Shown here: in pieces, positions 20,753-31,203 of the stretch | How positions within the stretch are numbered: position 1 is the stretch's first letter | Layout: each line of letters starts with the position of its first letter | DNA from: an uncultured Chloroflexia bacterium | GTDB lineage: Bacteria; Chloroflexota; Dehalococcoidia; UBA2979 | DNA: 64,000 bases | Reading direction: 5' to 3' | Assembly: GCA_963728205.1 (NCBI GenBank) | Contig: CAVSIV010000006.1 | Coordinates: 352,001 to 416,000, forward strand | Notes under the pieces: model-generated | Database searches by the model: none | Seen by the model: only the letters and a program-made list of their open reading frames with translations | What the model was told of the DNA's origin: nothing | Made by a program: the position numbers and the translations under genes

Positions 20753-21845
20753 GTGAGCGCGACGCAGCGAAGGGACTCCGCGCTCGGTCGTCCGCCCGGC
20801 TCGCTTCGGCTGTTCCGGCTTGCGAGCATCGCGGCGCTCATCGTCATCGGTTTCGTCCTGCCCCGGGCGACCGGGCACGCGCTGGCGAAGGGCGGCGGCC
20901 CGGAGGATCCTGCGTGGCTCGACTCGATCGCGCGGCCCGGGGCGACCGGCGCCTGGCTGGTGATGGCCCCGGAGGACGCGGACGGCCTCGCATACTCAAT
21001 CATGTTTACGGAGCCGACGCCGCTCGATGGTCCGCCTTCGAGATCTGGGCAGCTCGGTCGGCGTGCGTGGCGCGTACTGGGCGACGCTCACGCCGGGCAT
21101 CACGTCGCAGGCGGCGCCGACGGCGGACTATTACCCGGGGACCGGGATCGTCCACGCCCACGTCGGCGCCGGGTACGCGGGCGCCACCTGGTTCCGGCTG
21201 GACGCTCGCCGGCAGGCGCTCATGGATCGCTACGCCGCGATCGCCGGCGACCCCGCGCTGCCTGACCAGCCATCGGAGCTGGCGGTGTTGCTCGCGGCGC
21301 GGCGCGACGGGGAAACCGAGGTGCAGGTGCGGGTCGACGGTCGCCCGCTGGACCCCGCGCAGAGCGGGGCGTTCTGGCGCTTCGCGTCCGGGCTCGACGC
21401 CGCTGAGACCAACCTCGCGACCGTGTTCGCCCGGCCTGCGCCGCACGCCACCGTGCCCGGGATGCCCGGTGTGGGGGCGGACCTCGGCGTCAATCTTGGT
21501 CCCCTGCACCTCGGTCCGCCCCTCGCGGCGCGACAAGAGCGAAGCGTGGATCTCGCGCTGCCGGAGGGGCGGACGATCTTCTACACCTTCGCCCCACGCT
21601 CGTCGCTGCTGTTCGGCGCGACCTTCAGCAACGGCGCGCGCTACCCGGGCTACACGTTGCCCGCCGTGTTCACGTCCTGGCTGACGAAGGTCGCGCCGTC
21701 CTCGGGCGCGACTCGTGGCGCCATGCCGGCTGGCGCGGTCGCCGTGTTCGCGATCGCCGCGCTGTGCGCCGTCGTCGCGTCACTTGCGCTGGGCGTCGCC
21801 GTGTGGCGGGCGAGCGCAGACCGCTCACGCCTCGCCGGTGGCTGA
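20753..21845 (+). CDS. Secreted, C-terminally anchored protein (frameshift near 21040); paralog of 43779-44840
   Basis: Signal peptide ending ALA-KGG; shared YYP..G, WFR, DRYA, FWRFA and LPEGR motifs; C-terminal TM. Confidence 0.72.
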
Positions 21846-22123
21846 GGTCCACAACCGTCCCGCGGCTGGCGATCCCATATGCGTTGCGGGATGACAACTC
21901 GCCGTGAGTCTGACACGGTCGGCGTGGTGGCGCCGGGGGAGGTGCAGATGCGCGTCGCGACCATCGCGCTCGTTCCCCTCCTCCTTGTCGCTTCGATCCC
22001 GGTCACTGCCGGCCGGGTCGCCCCACAAGCAACCGAGCCGATAGCGATCGCGGGTGTGCCGCGTCTTGTCCTCGAGTGCATGCGGCTCGCGCCGCCGCTT
22101 CGTCCCTGCGCGCCCGCCGCATC

Positions 22124-23516
22124 GTGACGAAGCGCGTGAAGACGATCGCCGCTGGGGGCGGGTTGGCGCTGGTGGCCGTCGCGGTGCTCGCGATCGCCCT
22201 CTCCCACCGCGGCGCCGGGGCGCCGGCCGCTGCCTCCGCCACCGTCACGGCGACCCCCACGACTGCGGTCGCGGCGACCGCGCCGCCGACCGCCGGTCCC
22301 ACCGAGGCGCCGGCCCTGCCGGTCGCGCTGCGCAGCCGGCTGGCGAGGATGCCGGGCGTCGGCGACGTGCTTGCGGCCGTCGAAGCCGCGGACGCCGACC
22401 GCCTGGTGACGCTCACCTTCCACCAGCCGGGCTACTGCGGGTTCGTGCCGACCGACGTCACGCCGGCGCCGGTGGCACCCGCCGACGCGTACCGCGCGAG
22501 CAACGCCTGCCGCGCACCCGGCGTCTCTACATACGAGGGCATCGCGGTCGCGGCCGACCTCCCGGGCGCGCTCAACGCCGGGCTGGAGCTCTGGAACGAC
22601 GCGGCCTTCGCGACCGCCGCCCGCGCCCTCTTCGGCGCGCACCCGCGACTCGCGTCGGTCTCGGATCGCGCCTATCGCCTGCCCGCCTCCGACGGCACCG
22701 CGTTCGAGGTCCGCCATCGCTACACGCTCTGGTACGCGCTCGCCGCCGACCCCGGGATCACGGGCGCGCCCACCGGAGACGCCGCCGACGGCGGCCAGTC
22801 GACCGAGCCTGTGAATGGCTTCGCGCTCGAGGTCGACACGGGAGAGGCGCAGCCGGTCGCGGCCCTCGAGCTCCTCCATCGTGAAACGTGGCCGGCGCCC
22901 GACACCGTCGACGCGCAGCCGCCGCCCCGCCGCGTCACGCAGGACGCCGGCGCCTCCGTGCGGTCCGCGCTCGCGGCGGTGCCGGGCGTGCGCGACGTGA
23001 TCGCGGCCGCGGACGCCGGCGACGTCGACGCGCTCCTCGCGCTCTTCCAGACGCACGAGGCGATTCTGCATCCGGCCGCCGCTCCCGGGCCACGAGACGC
23101 CGGAGCTATGCGACGACGTCGGCGACCCGCCCGGCGACCGCTACACCGCGTTCACGATGGACGTCGGCACGACGTTCCCGGCGAGCCGGCAGCGCACCCG
23201 CGCGCTGATCGGCGCGCTGTTCATCGGCGGACCGCCGCGCCTCGAGGGCGCGTGGCGCCTGGTCCGGCGGCAGAACGGCGCCGTGGTCGGCGACATCTAC
23301 TACGTGGCGCTCGCCGGCCTCGAGTTCGAGGCGCCGCGCGCGCGGCTCTCGCTCGGCGCTTACTCGTGGGACTCCGTCGTGCTCGCGGTCGACCCAAGCG
23401 CGCCGCAGCCGATCGCGTCGTTCGCGATCCGGAGCCCTCGGTACCCGGCGTCAGTCATGGTGGAGTCGTTCGCGCGCGGCGCGAGCGCGGGAAGCACGCT
23501 CGAGCCGGTGCGGTGA
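22124..23516 (+). CDS. Membrane-anchored protein with two diverged copies of the Cys-domain N-part (frameshift near 23070)
   Basis: PGVGDVLAAVEAADADRLVTL...C and PGVRDVIAAADAGDVDALLAL; N-terminal TM. Confidence 0.62.
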
Positions 23517-23569
23517 GGCGTCGCCCGTGTTAGGGCGTCGGCGGCGGTGCCTTGCGGATCCGTCGATCC

Positions 23570-23730
23570 TTCCGGCGTGCCATGGCCGCCAATCCCGATG
23601 ATGCCGCTGTCGGGGTCCACCCAGAAGGCGACGGGGTGGCCCGGGGGCGCACCGTCTGGGCCGATGGTCGCCAGGCGACCGAGCGGGTGCTCGGTCAGGC
23701 GCTCGAGCTCAGCCTCAGTGAAGACCGTGC
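23570..23730 (-). pseudogene. 5' remnant of a PPOX-class F420-dependent oxidoreductase
   Basis: Manual translation VFTEAELERLTEHPLGRLATIGPDGAP..HPVAFWVD...IGIGG; ACG where the start codon is expected; truncated. Confidence 0.65.
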
Positions 23731-23849
23731 GGCCACCCTAACACGTAAACCTAAGTTGAGATCACGGCCGGTGCGGCCGCTTGTTACTTCTCGTGCCCGG
23801 CTGGGTGACGTGTCGGGCCGCCGAAGCGCTCAGCGACTCGGTGGTGCAC

Positions 23850-23950
23850 TCGCTCCGCCTCACGCCCGGCGAGACCGAGGAGATTCAGCGGTTGGCCGAA
23901 GCGGCCGGGATCCCGGCATCAGCTCTGGTGTGGGACCGGGTCCTCCACCG
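23850..23950 (+). pseudogene. Ribbon-helix-helix (CopG-like) remnant
   Basis: SLRLTPGETEEIQRLAEAAGIPASALV. Confidence 0.35.
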
Positions 23951-24274
23951 GCCTGGCAGCGGTCGTCGGGGCTCCGGAGGCCTCGTCGCTCGGCGTGCCC
24001 GTGGAGACGCTCGCTCGGAACGTCGACAGCCTGCGGTGCGGTCTCGCCCGCCGGAAGAAGGCGTCGTGACTGTATCGCGGGCGCGGCGCCGCTGCCCCAC
24101 GTCGGCTCGCAGTCGCCCCCCACGCCGCACCGCGGCAGCCCTCCTCGACGCGTCGGTCGGCGCGTCACGCGACGCTCTTGTAGGGGAATTTGTCGGGGAA
24201 ACGCCCGCGGGGCCCGGATCGGCCGCCAAATCGGCACTCGCGGAGGCTCGTCTGAATCTGTAAAGTGCTCGATC

Positions 24275-24346
24275 GGGCCCGTAGCTCAGCGGTAGAGCAG
24301 TGGACTTTTAATCCATCGGTCCAGGGTTCGAATCCCTGCGGGCCTA
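24275..24346 (+). tRNA. tRNA-Lys(TTT), CCA not encoded
   Basis: GGGCCCG/CGGGCCT acceptor stem; D arm GCTCAGCGGTAGAGC; anticodon loop CTTTTAA; T loop GGTTCGAATCC. Confidence 0.96.
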
Positions 24347-24574
24347 CGATCCGCCAAACCTGTCGGCCGACCGTACGACCGCCCGCCCATGGGCGGCCCA
24401 TCTCGCCGTGCCGCATTCGTGCCACATCTTCGCGTGCGGCACGGGCCCGGCATCGCCGATGACGCGTGGCCGAGCCGCCGCGAGACGCCGTAGATCCCCG
24501 TACCCGAGCGCCCGGGGCGTGATCCTCGGCGCTGCTGTCGACGGTCTGCAACGCCGCCCCGGCGCCTTCGCCGG

Positions 24575-25072
24575 CTACTGCCCCGAAGCCTCCGGAGCGA
24601 ACTGGCGCGCGCGCCCTCCGGTTTCCATCTGGTACTTCCGCTGCAGCGCGAGCATCTCATCCGGGTCGGGCGACCCGCCCGACGCCGCCGTCAGTCGCGC
24701 GGCCTCCCGCCAGTACTGCTCGAACCCCGGTGGCGTGAGGATCACGAGAAACTCTGCAGCGCTCGTGCCGACGTTGGCGACCGTGTGCCACGTTCCCCTG
24801 GGCACGAGCGCGACCCCGCCGGACGCGACCGCGATGGAGCGATCCCCGACTCGACACTCCAGCAGGCCATCCAGCACGTAGACCGCCTCGTCCGCGTCGT
24901 GATGGAGGTGCAGCGGTGGCCCGGGTGCCGGCGGTGGTGCCATCGTCCAGTGCGTGAGCGAGTAGCCGCCGCCGGTCTCGATCGCGCTCAGCGCAAACCT
25001 CACCCGGTTGGGACCCAAATCGACGGAGTCCACTCCCCCCGACTGCCGAACGACGCCACCCGGTGCGCTCAT
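24575..25072 (-). CDS. Cupin-domain protein
   Basis: PPLHLHHDADEAVYVLDG...VPRGTWHT...TPPGFEQYW. Confidence 0.9.
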   Translation of the reverse strand: MSAPGGVVRQSGGVDSVDLGPNRVRFALSAIETGGGYSLTHWTMAPPPAPGPPLHLHHDADEAVYVLDGLLECRVGDRSIAVASGGVALVPRGTWHTVANVGTSAAEFLVILTPPGFEQYWREAARLTAASGGSPDPDEMLALQRKYQMETGGRARQFAPEASGQ

Positions 25073-25333
25073 GTGCTCCCTCGACCTATCGACCGCGCTG
25101 TTCGGATCGCGAGGCGCCCCGCGCCGCGCCCCGGGATATTACGGCGCGCGCGCGTGCCACATATTCGGTCGAACGTGGCACGCGCGCGGCGACTCGTGCG
25201 ATCGTTGAGGCGCTCCGGACCACCCGCTGCTGTGTGTCCCAGTCGAAACCGGAGCGGGGCCCTTTACGGTTCCTTGCGCTTTTCCCTCCCACCTTTGCGC
25301 AGTTCGACAATCCGCCGACATAGCGTCGACCGC

Positions 25334-26701
25334 ATGAGCCGCCGTGCACTGGAGCGCCCGATGCCCCGCCGCGGCCCCGACGCGCGCGGGCACCGGCGCC
25401 TGCCGCGCGCCGGGGACGTCCTCACGATCACCGCACGACGCCTCGGGTGGGGCGCGCGGCGGCGCCCCGCCTGGGGGCGGGACGACCGCGGCCAGGCGGC
25501 GCTCATGCTGATCGTCGTGATGTTCTTCTTCGCCGTCGCCGGGCTGCTCGTCGTCGACGGCGGGCTGGCATTCACCGACCGCCGCGACGCGCAGAACGAC
25601 GTGGATCGCGCGGCGCTCGCGGGAGCGATCGAGCTGAAGCTCGACCCGACCCAGACGAGCACCGGCGCGTATGACGCGGCGCACCAGTGGCTGATCAACA
25701 ACGACTACGCGCGTGCGGACGCGGCCGCCCAGTACACGATCGACGTCGTCCGCAACTGCTACAACGCCGTCGGCGACGGGTACTACGACGGCGTCCGCGT
25801 CACGGTCTCCCGCACGCCGCCCACCGCGGGCTTCCTCGCGCTCTTCGGTCTGAACTGGGAGACGGGTGCCAGCGCCCTCGCGTGTGCCGGCCGGCTCGCG
25901 AACACCACCGGGTTCCTGCCGTTCTTCGTGTCGATGAGCGGGCCGTCCGCGCTCTGCTACGACGCCGGCGCGCTCATCCCCGGCAATCGCTGCGCCGTGC
26001 GCCTGTTCACCACGCCCGAGACGGGACTCGCCGCCCTGCCGACGAGCGGCCCCTGCGACTCGGGGAAGCCGAGCGGCAGCGACGTCCGCACCAACATCGC
26101 CGAGGGTTCGCAGATCACCTGCGGCGTCGGCGACCTGATCCGGGGCGCGTCGGGCGCGAAGACCGGGCCGGTGAAGCAGGGGCTCGGCGATCGGCTCTCC
26201 GGGGACGGGGCGTGCGAGCAGGCGTCCGCCGTCACGCAGACGGCGTTGACGACGGCGTCGAGCGCGCTGAACAGCCAGGCACTCGCCCGCGGGAACTACG
26301 CGCTGGCCGGGACGCCGTCGACCGGCAACGGGATCGACGACCTGTTCGAGATCTGGAGCCAGCCCGACGCCTCCGCGCTCGACCCCGGCGGCAACGCCGC
26401 CGCGAACGTAGCCGCCAACGGCTGCGCCAGCGTGCGCAACGTCCTGCTCATCGTGATCAACGACATCACGCAGCCGGACCAGGGCGGCCTCGGGAACGCG
26501 GAGTACGAGGTGCGCGGGTTCATCCGCGGCTACCTCGAGGGGTGCGACGACGGCAGCGGGGGTGTGGACACCGAGTGCTCCGGCAACACCTCGAAGAACG
26601 GCGTCTACATCCGCATCCTGCAGCAACTCGGCGCTGCGGCGGTCGGCGAGCTGGGCGACCAGGCCGGCACGGGCGACATCGGCGTCTACCTGAGGCAGTA
26701 G
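25334..26701 (+). CDS. TadG-like Flp/Tad pilus-associated protein (start uncertain)
   Basis: RDDRGQ prepilin-like site, TM, then VDGG....RRDAQNDVDRAALAGA Tad motif; Cys-rich C-terminus. Confidence 0.8.
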   Translation: MSRRALERPMPRRGPDARGHRRLPRAGDVLTITARRLGWGARRRPAWGRDDRGQAALMLIVVMFFFAVAGLLVVDGGLAFTDRRDAQNDVDRAALAGAIELKLDPTQTSTGAYDAAHQWLINNDYARADAAAQYTIDVVRNCYNAVGDGYYDGVRVTVSRTPPTAGFLALFGLNWETGASALACAGRLANTTGFLPFFVSMSGPSALCYDAGALIPGNRCAVRLFTTPETGLAALPTSGPCDSGKPSGSDVRTNIAEGSQITCGVGDLIRGASGAKTGPVKQGLGDRLSGDGACEQASAVTQTALTTASSALNSQALARGNYALAGTPSTGNGIDDLFEIWSQPDASALDPGGNAAANVAANGCASVRNVLLIVINDITQPDQGGLGNAEYEVRGFIRGYLEGCDDGSGGVDTECSGNTSKNGVYIRILQQLGAAAVGELGDQAGTGDIGVYLRQ

Positions 26702-26800
26702 GCGCGGCGCGACCGGCAGGGGGCCCGGGCCGGCCGCGCATCCTTCGCGAACCGCAGGTCACTGCCTGAAACGCGCGGTCTGAGCAAGCGTCGCCGGCGG

Positions 26801-28483
26801 TCAGTCCGGCGACGCCGCGGACTGCGGGTGCGGCATCCGCACGACGAAGCGGCTTCCGCCGTCGGCGGGGAACTCCGCGACCAGCGTGCCGCCGTGCGCC
26901 GCCGCGATCTCGCGGCTGATGAAGAGGCCGAGGCCGAGCCCCGTCTGCCGGCCCGGCCCCTGCCCCGACCGGAAGCGCTCGAACAGCGAGTCGCGCAACT
27001 CCGGCGGCACGCCGGCCCCGTGATCGCGCACCGTGAGCGCCCACGCGCCCGCGTCCCGCCCGAGCCGCACCTCGATCGGCCGCTCGCTGCCGCCGTGGCG
27101 CGCGGCGTTGTCGAGCAGGTTGACCACCACCTGCTCCACGCGCAGCGGGTCGGCATCGACCATCAGCGTCTCGGGCGCGTCGAGCGTGATCGCGACGCCG
27201 CTGATCTCGCGCGTGATGGCCGCGGCGTCGCGGACGAGTGCGGCGACATCGACCCACTCAATCGTGAGCGAGAAGCGGCCGGCGTCCATGCGCGAGATGT
27301 CGAGCAGCTGCCCGATCAGGCGGTCCAGGCGGTCGGCCTGGCGCAGCGCCGTCGTCAGGAGCGGCTGCACGCGATCGACGTCGCCCGGCCGCGCGCGCAG
27401 CCGGCGCGAGGCGAGCTCGGTGCTCATGCGCAGCCCGGTGAGCGGCGTGCGCAGCTCGTGCGCCGCAATCGCGACGAACTCGTCGCGCAGCCGCGCGGTC
27501 TCGCGCGCTGTGAACGCCTCCGCCTGCGCCGCGCGCTCCTCCTCGACGACCTGTGCGCGGCCGATCGCGAGCGCGAAGCGATCGGCGACGACGCGCAGCA
27601 GCGCGAGGTCCTCGCGCGTGAAGCGCCGGAGCCGCCGGCTGCCCACCTGCAGCACGCCGAGGGTCGAGCCGCCATCGATCAGCGGCGCGCCCACGAGCGA
27701 GCTGACGCCGGTGCCCTCGAGCAGCCGCCGCAGGCCCTCGTCCTCGACTGAGTCGTCGATCACCACGAGCTGCCCGGAGTCGGCGACCCGCCGCGCCCAG
27801 CCGGCCCCGAGCGGCGCGCGCGTGCCGCGGCCGATCGGAAACTCGAACCCAACCGACGCGCCCACCGCCCACTCGTCGCCCTCGCGCAGCAGCACCATGG
27901 CCGTGTCGACCGAGAGGACGTCGGCGACGCGCTCGAGGATCGCGTCGAGCAGCGAGGGGAAGTCGAGCCGAGCGAGTCCGGCCTCGGTGACGCGCTGCAC
28001 GGCGTCGAGCCGCTCGCGCGCCGTCTCGGCCTCGAGTCGCGCCTGGCGCTCGGCGGCGAGCAGGATCTCGCGTTCGTCCTCGGCCTGCTTCCGCTCGGTG
28101 AGGTCGCGCGTGACCTTGGAGAAGCCGACGAGGACGCCGTTGTCGTCGTGGACGGCGCTGATGATCACGTTCGCCCAGAAGCGCGTGCCGTCCCTGCGCA
28201 GGCGCCAGCCCTCGTCCTCGAAGCGCCCGTCGGCCGCGGCGACCTTGAGCTCGTAGTCGGGCTTGCCGGCGCGCGCCTCGACGCCCGGGTAGAAGATCGA
28301 GAAGTGCCGTCCGATGATCTCGTCGGCGCGGTAGCCCTTGATGCGCTCGGCACCGCGGTTCCAGGTGACGACGAATCCGCCCGGGTCGAGCAGGAAGATC
28401 GCGTAGTCGCGCACGCTCTCGACGAGCCGGTAGAAGAGCAGGTCGTGCTGCGCGGCGGCCGTGTGCGTGCGTTCCCCGGTCAC
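26801..28483 (-). CDS. PAS-GAF sensor histidine kinase
   Basis: DYAIFLLD...WNRGAERIKGY (PAS); GAF region; AHELRTPL; NLLDNA; DHGAG; GLGLGL. Confidence 0.95.
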   Translation of the reverse strand: MTGERTHTAAAQHDLLFYRLVESVRDYAIFLLDPGGFVVTWNRGAERIKGYRADEIIGRHFSIFYPGVEARAGKPDYELKVAAADGRFEDEGWRLRRDGTRFWANVIISAVHDDNGVLVGFSKVTRDLTERKQAEDEREILLAAERQARLEAETARERLDAVQRVTEAGLARLDFPSLLDAILERVADVLSVDTAMVLLREGDEWAVGASVGFEFPIGRGTRAPLGAGWARRVADSGQLVVIDDSVEDEGLRRLLEGTGVSSLVGAPLIDGGSTLGVLQVGSRRLRRFTREDLALLRVVADRFALAIGRAQVVEEERAAQAEAFTARETARLRDEFVAIAAHELRTPLTGLRMSTELASRRLRARPGDVDRVQPLLTTALRQADRLDRLIGQLLDISRMDAGRFSLTIEWVDVAALVRDAAAITREISGVAITLDAPETLMVDADPLRVEQVVVNLLDNAARHGGSERPIEVRLGRDAGAWALTVRDHGAGVPPELRDSLFERFRSGQGPGRQTGLGLGLFISREIAAAHGGTLVAEFPADGGSRFVVRMPHPQSAASPD

Positions 28484-28529
28484 CCCGCTCCATCCTGTTC
28501 TGCGGCCATGCGGCGTGTCACCTTCCGGG

Positions 28530-28892
28530 TCAGACGCGCTCGGCGACGCCGGCGCGCACCGCTTCGAGCAGCGCGTCCAGGTCGAATGGCTTGGCGACGA
28601 AGCTCGTCGCGCCGACGAGGCGCGCCGCCTCCTCGGGGTTCCGCTGGGCGGTCATCACGATCAGCGGAGTGCGCACGCCGCGGGCCTCGAGCGCCTGCGC
28701 GAACTCGCGCCCGTCCAGGACCGGCATGCGCATGTCGAGCAGGACCAGGTCCGGCGTGGGGTCGCCCGCGATCACCTCGAGCGCGTGCCTGCCGTCGGCC
28801 GCGACGGTGACCGTGTAGCCCTCGTCCTGCAGCAGGTCGCGCACGACCTCGCGGATGGTGACGTCGTCGTCGACGACGAGCACGTGGGTCAC
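28530..28892 (-). CDS. Response regulator receiver
   Basis: VLVVDDD...LLDMRMP..DG...MTA...KPFD. Confidence 0.92.
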   Translation of the reverse strand: MTHVLVVDDDVTIREVVRDLLQDEGYTVTVAADGRHALEVIAGDPTPDLVLLDMRMPVLDGREFAQALEARGVRTPLIVMTAQRNPEEAARLVGATSFVAKPFDLDALLEAVRAGVAERV

Positions 28893-29045
28893 GGACACCC
28901 CCTCGAGCGACCGCTCGGCAGCGCCCGACCGACGATACCGGCGGGGCCGCGTAGCGGGACTCGCAGACCTCACAGAATCGTGACAATCGGGCGCGCGCCC
29001 TGCGTGCCGGGAGCGGCGCGCGGGCGCTGTCCGGGCGGGGGCGGG

Positions 29046-29726
29046 CTAGCGCTGCCGCGCCGGAACCGGGTGCGCCTCGCGCCAGGCGAACCAGCGCGAC
29101 TTCGGCAGCGTGCCCGCTTCGAACTGCCGGTGCGTCTCCTCGAACACGCGGTCGATCTCGGCGAGGAACTCCTCGTACGTGCCGTTGTTGTGGAAGACGT
29201 GGTCGGCGGCGTCCGCGCGCTCGGTCCACTTGCGCTGCGAGTCGAGCCGCTGCTGCGCCTCGGCGTCCGTGAAGCTGTTGCGCTCCATCAGGCGTGGCTT
29301 GGCGACCGCGTCGTCGGCGGCGACGAGCCACGTGGCGTCGCACCACTGCGAGTAGTTCGCCTCGATCAGATTCACGGCCTCCAGCACGGCGACGTCGTGC
29401 GGGCCCAGCGTCGCACGCCAGCCCTCGATCGTCGTGCGCATCTCGTCTTCGATGTTGCCGATGGCCCGCGTCCAGCGGCCCATCGCCTCGGGGTTCCCGA
29501 AAACGATGGCGCCGACCTTCTTGCGGTCGATGTAGCCGTCGTCGCCGATGATCTCGGGCCCGAACTCCTTGACGGCGTTGTCGAAGCCCGGCTTCCCCGG
29601 GTCGAACATGCGGTGCACGATCTTGTCGGCGTCGCCGTGCGTGACGCCGTACTGCTCGACGAGGCGGCGGCACAGGCCGCTCTTGCCCGTCGCGATCGAG
29701 CCCGTGACACCCAGGATCATCGGCAT
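29046..29726 (-). CDS. coaE: Dephospho-CoA kinase
   Basis: LGVTGSIATGKS, DADKIVH, IDRKKVGAIVF, RLMERN. Confidence 0.9.
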   Translation of the reverse strand: MPMILGVTGSIATGKSGLCRRLVEQYGVTHGDADKIVHRMFDPGKPGFDNAVKEFGPEIIGDDGYIDRKKVGAIVFGNPEAMGRWTRAIGNIEDEMRTTIEGWRATLGPHDVAVLEAVNLIEANYSQWCDATWLVAADDAVAKPRLMERNSFTDAEAQQRLDSQRKWTERADAADHVFHNNGTYEEFLAEIDRVFEETHRQFEAGTLPKSRWFAWREAHPVPARQR

Positions 29727-29907
29727 GGCGCGCTCCCCCCCTTCGTGGCGACGTGGGGACTATGGCGGGAGCGCGCGGGCTCGGCAAGTGGGCGCCCGCC
29801 GTGGGCGCGTGCAGCGTCACGCGCAGCGGGATGCTGCCGACCGGCCGCACGGCGACGCGCGGCGCAATCGCGATCGGGCGCCACGCGTCGGGGAGCTCGA
29901 AGCGGAA

Positions 29908-29939
29908 GCGCCTCGCCTCGCCGCGGCGAGGCGAGGCGC
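29908..29939. repeat. Perfect 32-bp palindrome
   Basis: GCGCCTCGCCTCGCCG|CGGCGAGGCGAGGCGC between divergent genes. Confidence 0.85.
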
Positions 29940-30083
29940 GGAGCGGAGCGCACCGGATCCGTCGATGGATGGAACGTCGCATCAGCCGAATCCATCCTTC
30001 GGCCGATGCGTCCGGCGGGGCATGCCGCGATGCTGACGTGGGAGATTGGGCGCGCCGGGATGCCGAGGTGGCCCCCGGTCGGT

Positions 30084-31129
30084 ATGATGCCGCGCGTGGG
30101 CGGGCCCGTGCGTTACTTCCGCGCCGATGACGGCACCAACATCGCGTACACCGACGTGGGTGCGGGGCTGCCCTTCGTCGCGCTCCCGACGATGCCGTTC
30201 TCGCACCTGCAGCACATGCAGGACAGCCCGTCGCTGGCGCGGTGGTTCGACGCCATCGGTCGCGGCCGGCGCCTGATCCAGTACGACGCGCGCGCCACGG
30301 GGATGTCGGACCGCGGCCGCCCCGACTTTTCGATCGACCGGCAGGTGCGCGACCTCGAGCAGCTGCTCGACGCGGTGGACGTGGAGCGCGCCGCGCTCTT
30401 TGGTGCGCTGCACGCGAGCACGATCGCGATCGCCTTCGCCGCGCAGCGGCCAGAGCGCGTGTCCCACCTCGTGCTCTGGCACGCGTACGCGCGCGCCTCC
30501 GACATGTTCCAGAACACGATGGTCGTGACCATCTCGGAGCTGATCCACAAGAACTGGCACGTGTTCACGGACGCGGTGACGTTCTCGAACTTCGGGTGGA
30601 CGTCGGGCGAGAGCGCGCGGGAGTTCGCGACGATGGCGCGGGCGGCGATCGACGAGACGCAGGGACCGGTGGCGTTCGGGCAGCTCGATGTCGAACGACG
30701 TGCGCGCGCTCCTGCCGCTGGTGGAGGTGCCGTCGCTGGTGCTGACGCGCGAGGAGCCGCTCGCCCCGCCGGCGGAGGTGGCGCGCGGCCTGGCCGCAGA
30801 CCTGCCCGACGCGCGGCTCGTGGCGGTGCCGGGCAAGGCGATGGCGCCGTGGGTCGGCGACCCGGCGCCGGCGGCGGCCGCCCTCGACGAGTTCCTGCCG
30901 GAGAAGCTGCCGGGGACGGCCGCGGCGTACGTCGAGACGCTGAGCCCGCGCGAGCTCGAGGTGCTGCGGCTGATTCTCGTCGGGCCACAGCAACCAGCAG
31001 ATCGCGAACGAGCTGACGCTGAGCGTGGGGACGGTGAAGTCCCACGTGAGCAACATCTTCAGCAAGCTGCAGGTGTCGAACCGCACGCAGGCGGTCGCCC
31101 GCGCCCGCGACTCCGAGCTGATTCACTAG
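30084..31129 (+). CDS. Alpha/beta-hydrolase-fold + LuxR HTH fusion regulator (frameshifts near 30690 and 30985)
   Basis: DGTNIAY..G.G, YDARATGMSDR; LSPRELEVLRL; QIANELTLSVGTVKSHVSNIFSKLQVSNRTQAV in the shifted frame. Confidence 0.85.
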
Positions 31130-31203
31130 GCGCGGCGTGTCCGCGCGGCGTGTCCGGCGCGGCGAGCGGCGGCGCGGGGTATTCACTCGGCGGGCGATGA
31201 TCC

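Noticed and set aside
21850-21985. Minus-strand ORF MVATRICTSPG after a strong AAGGAGG RBS
   Set aside because: No recognisable domain, and it reads into the opposite-strand gene.
23743-23763. SoxR/MerR-like operator before the PPOX remnant
   Set aside because: Only one half-site (TTGAG) is convincing, and no MerR gene is nearby.
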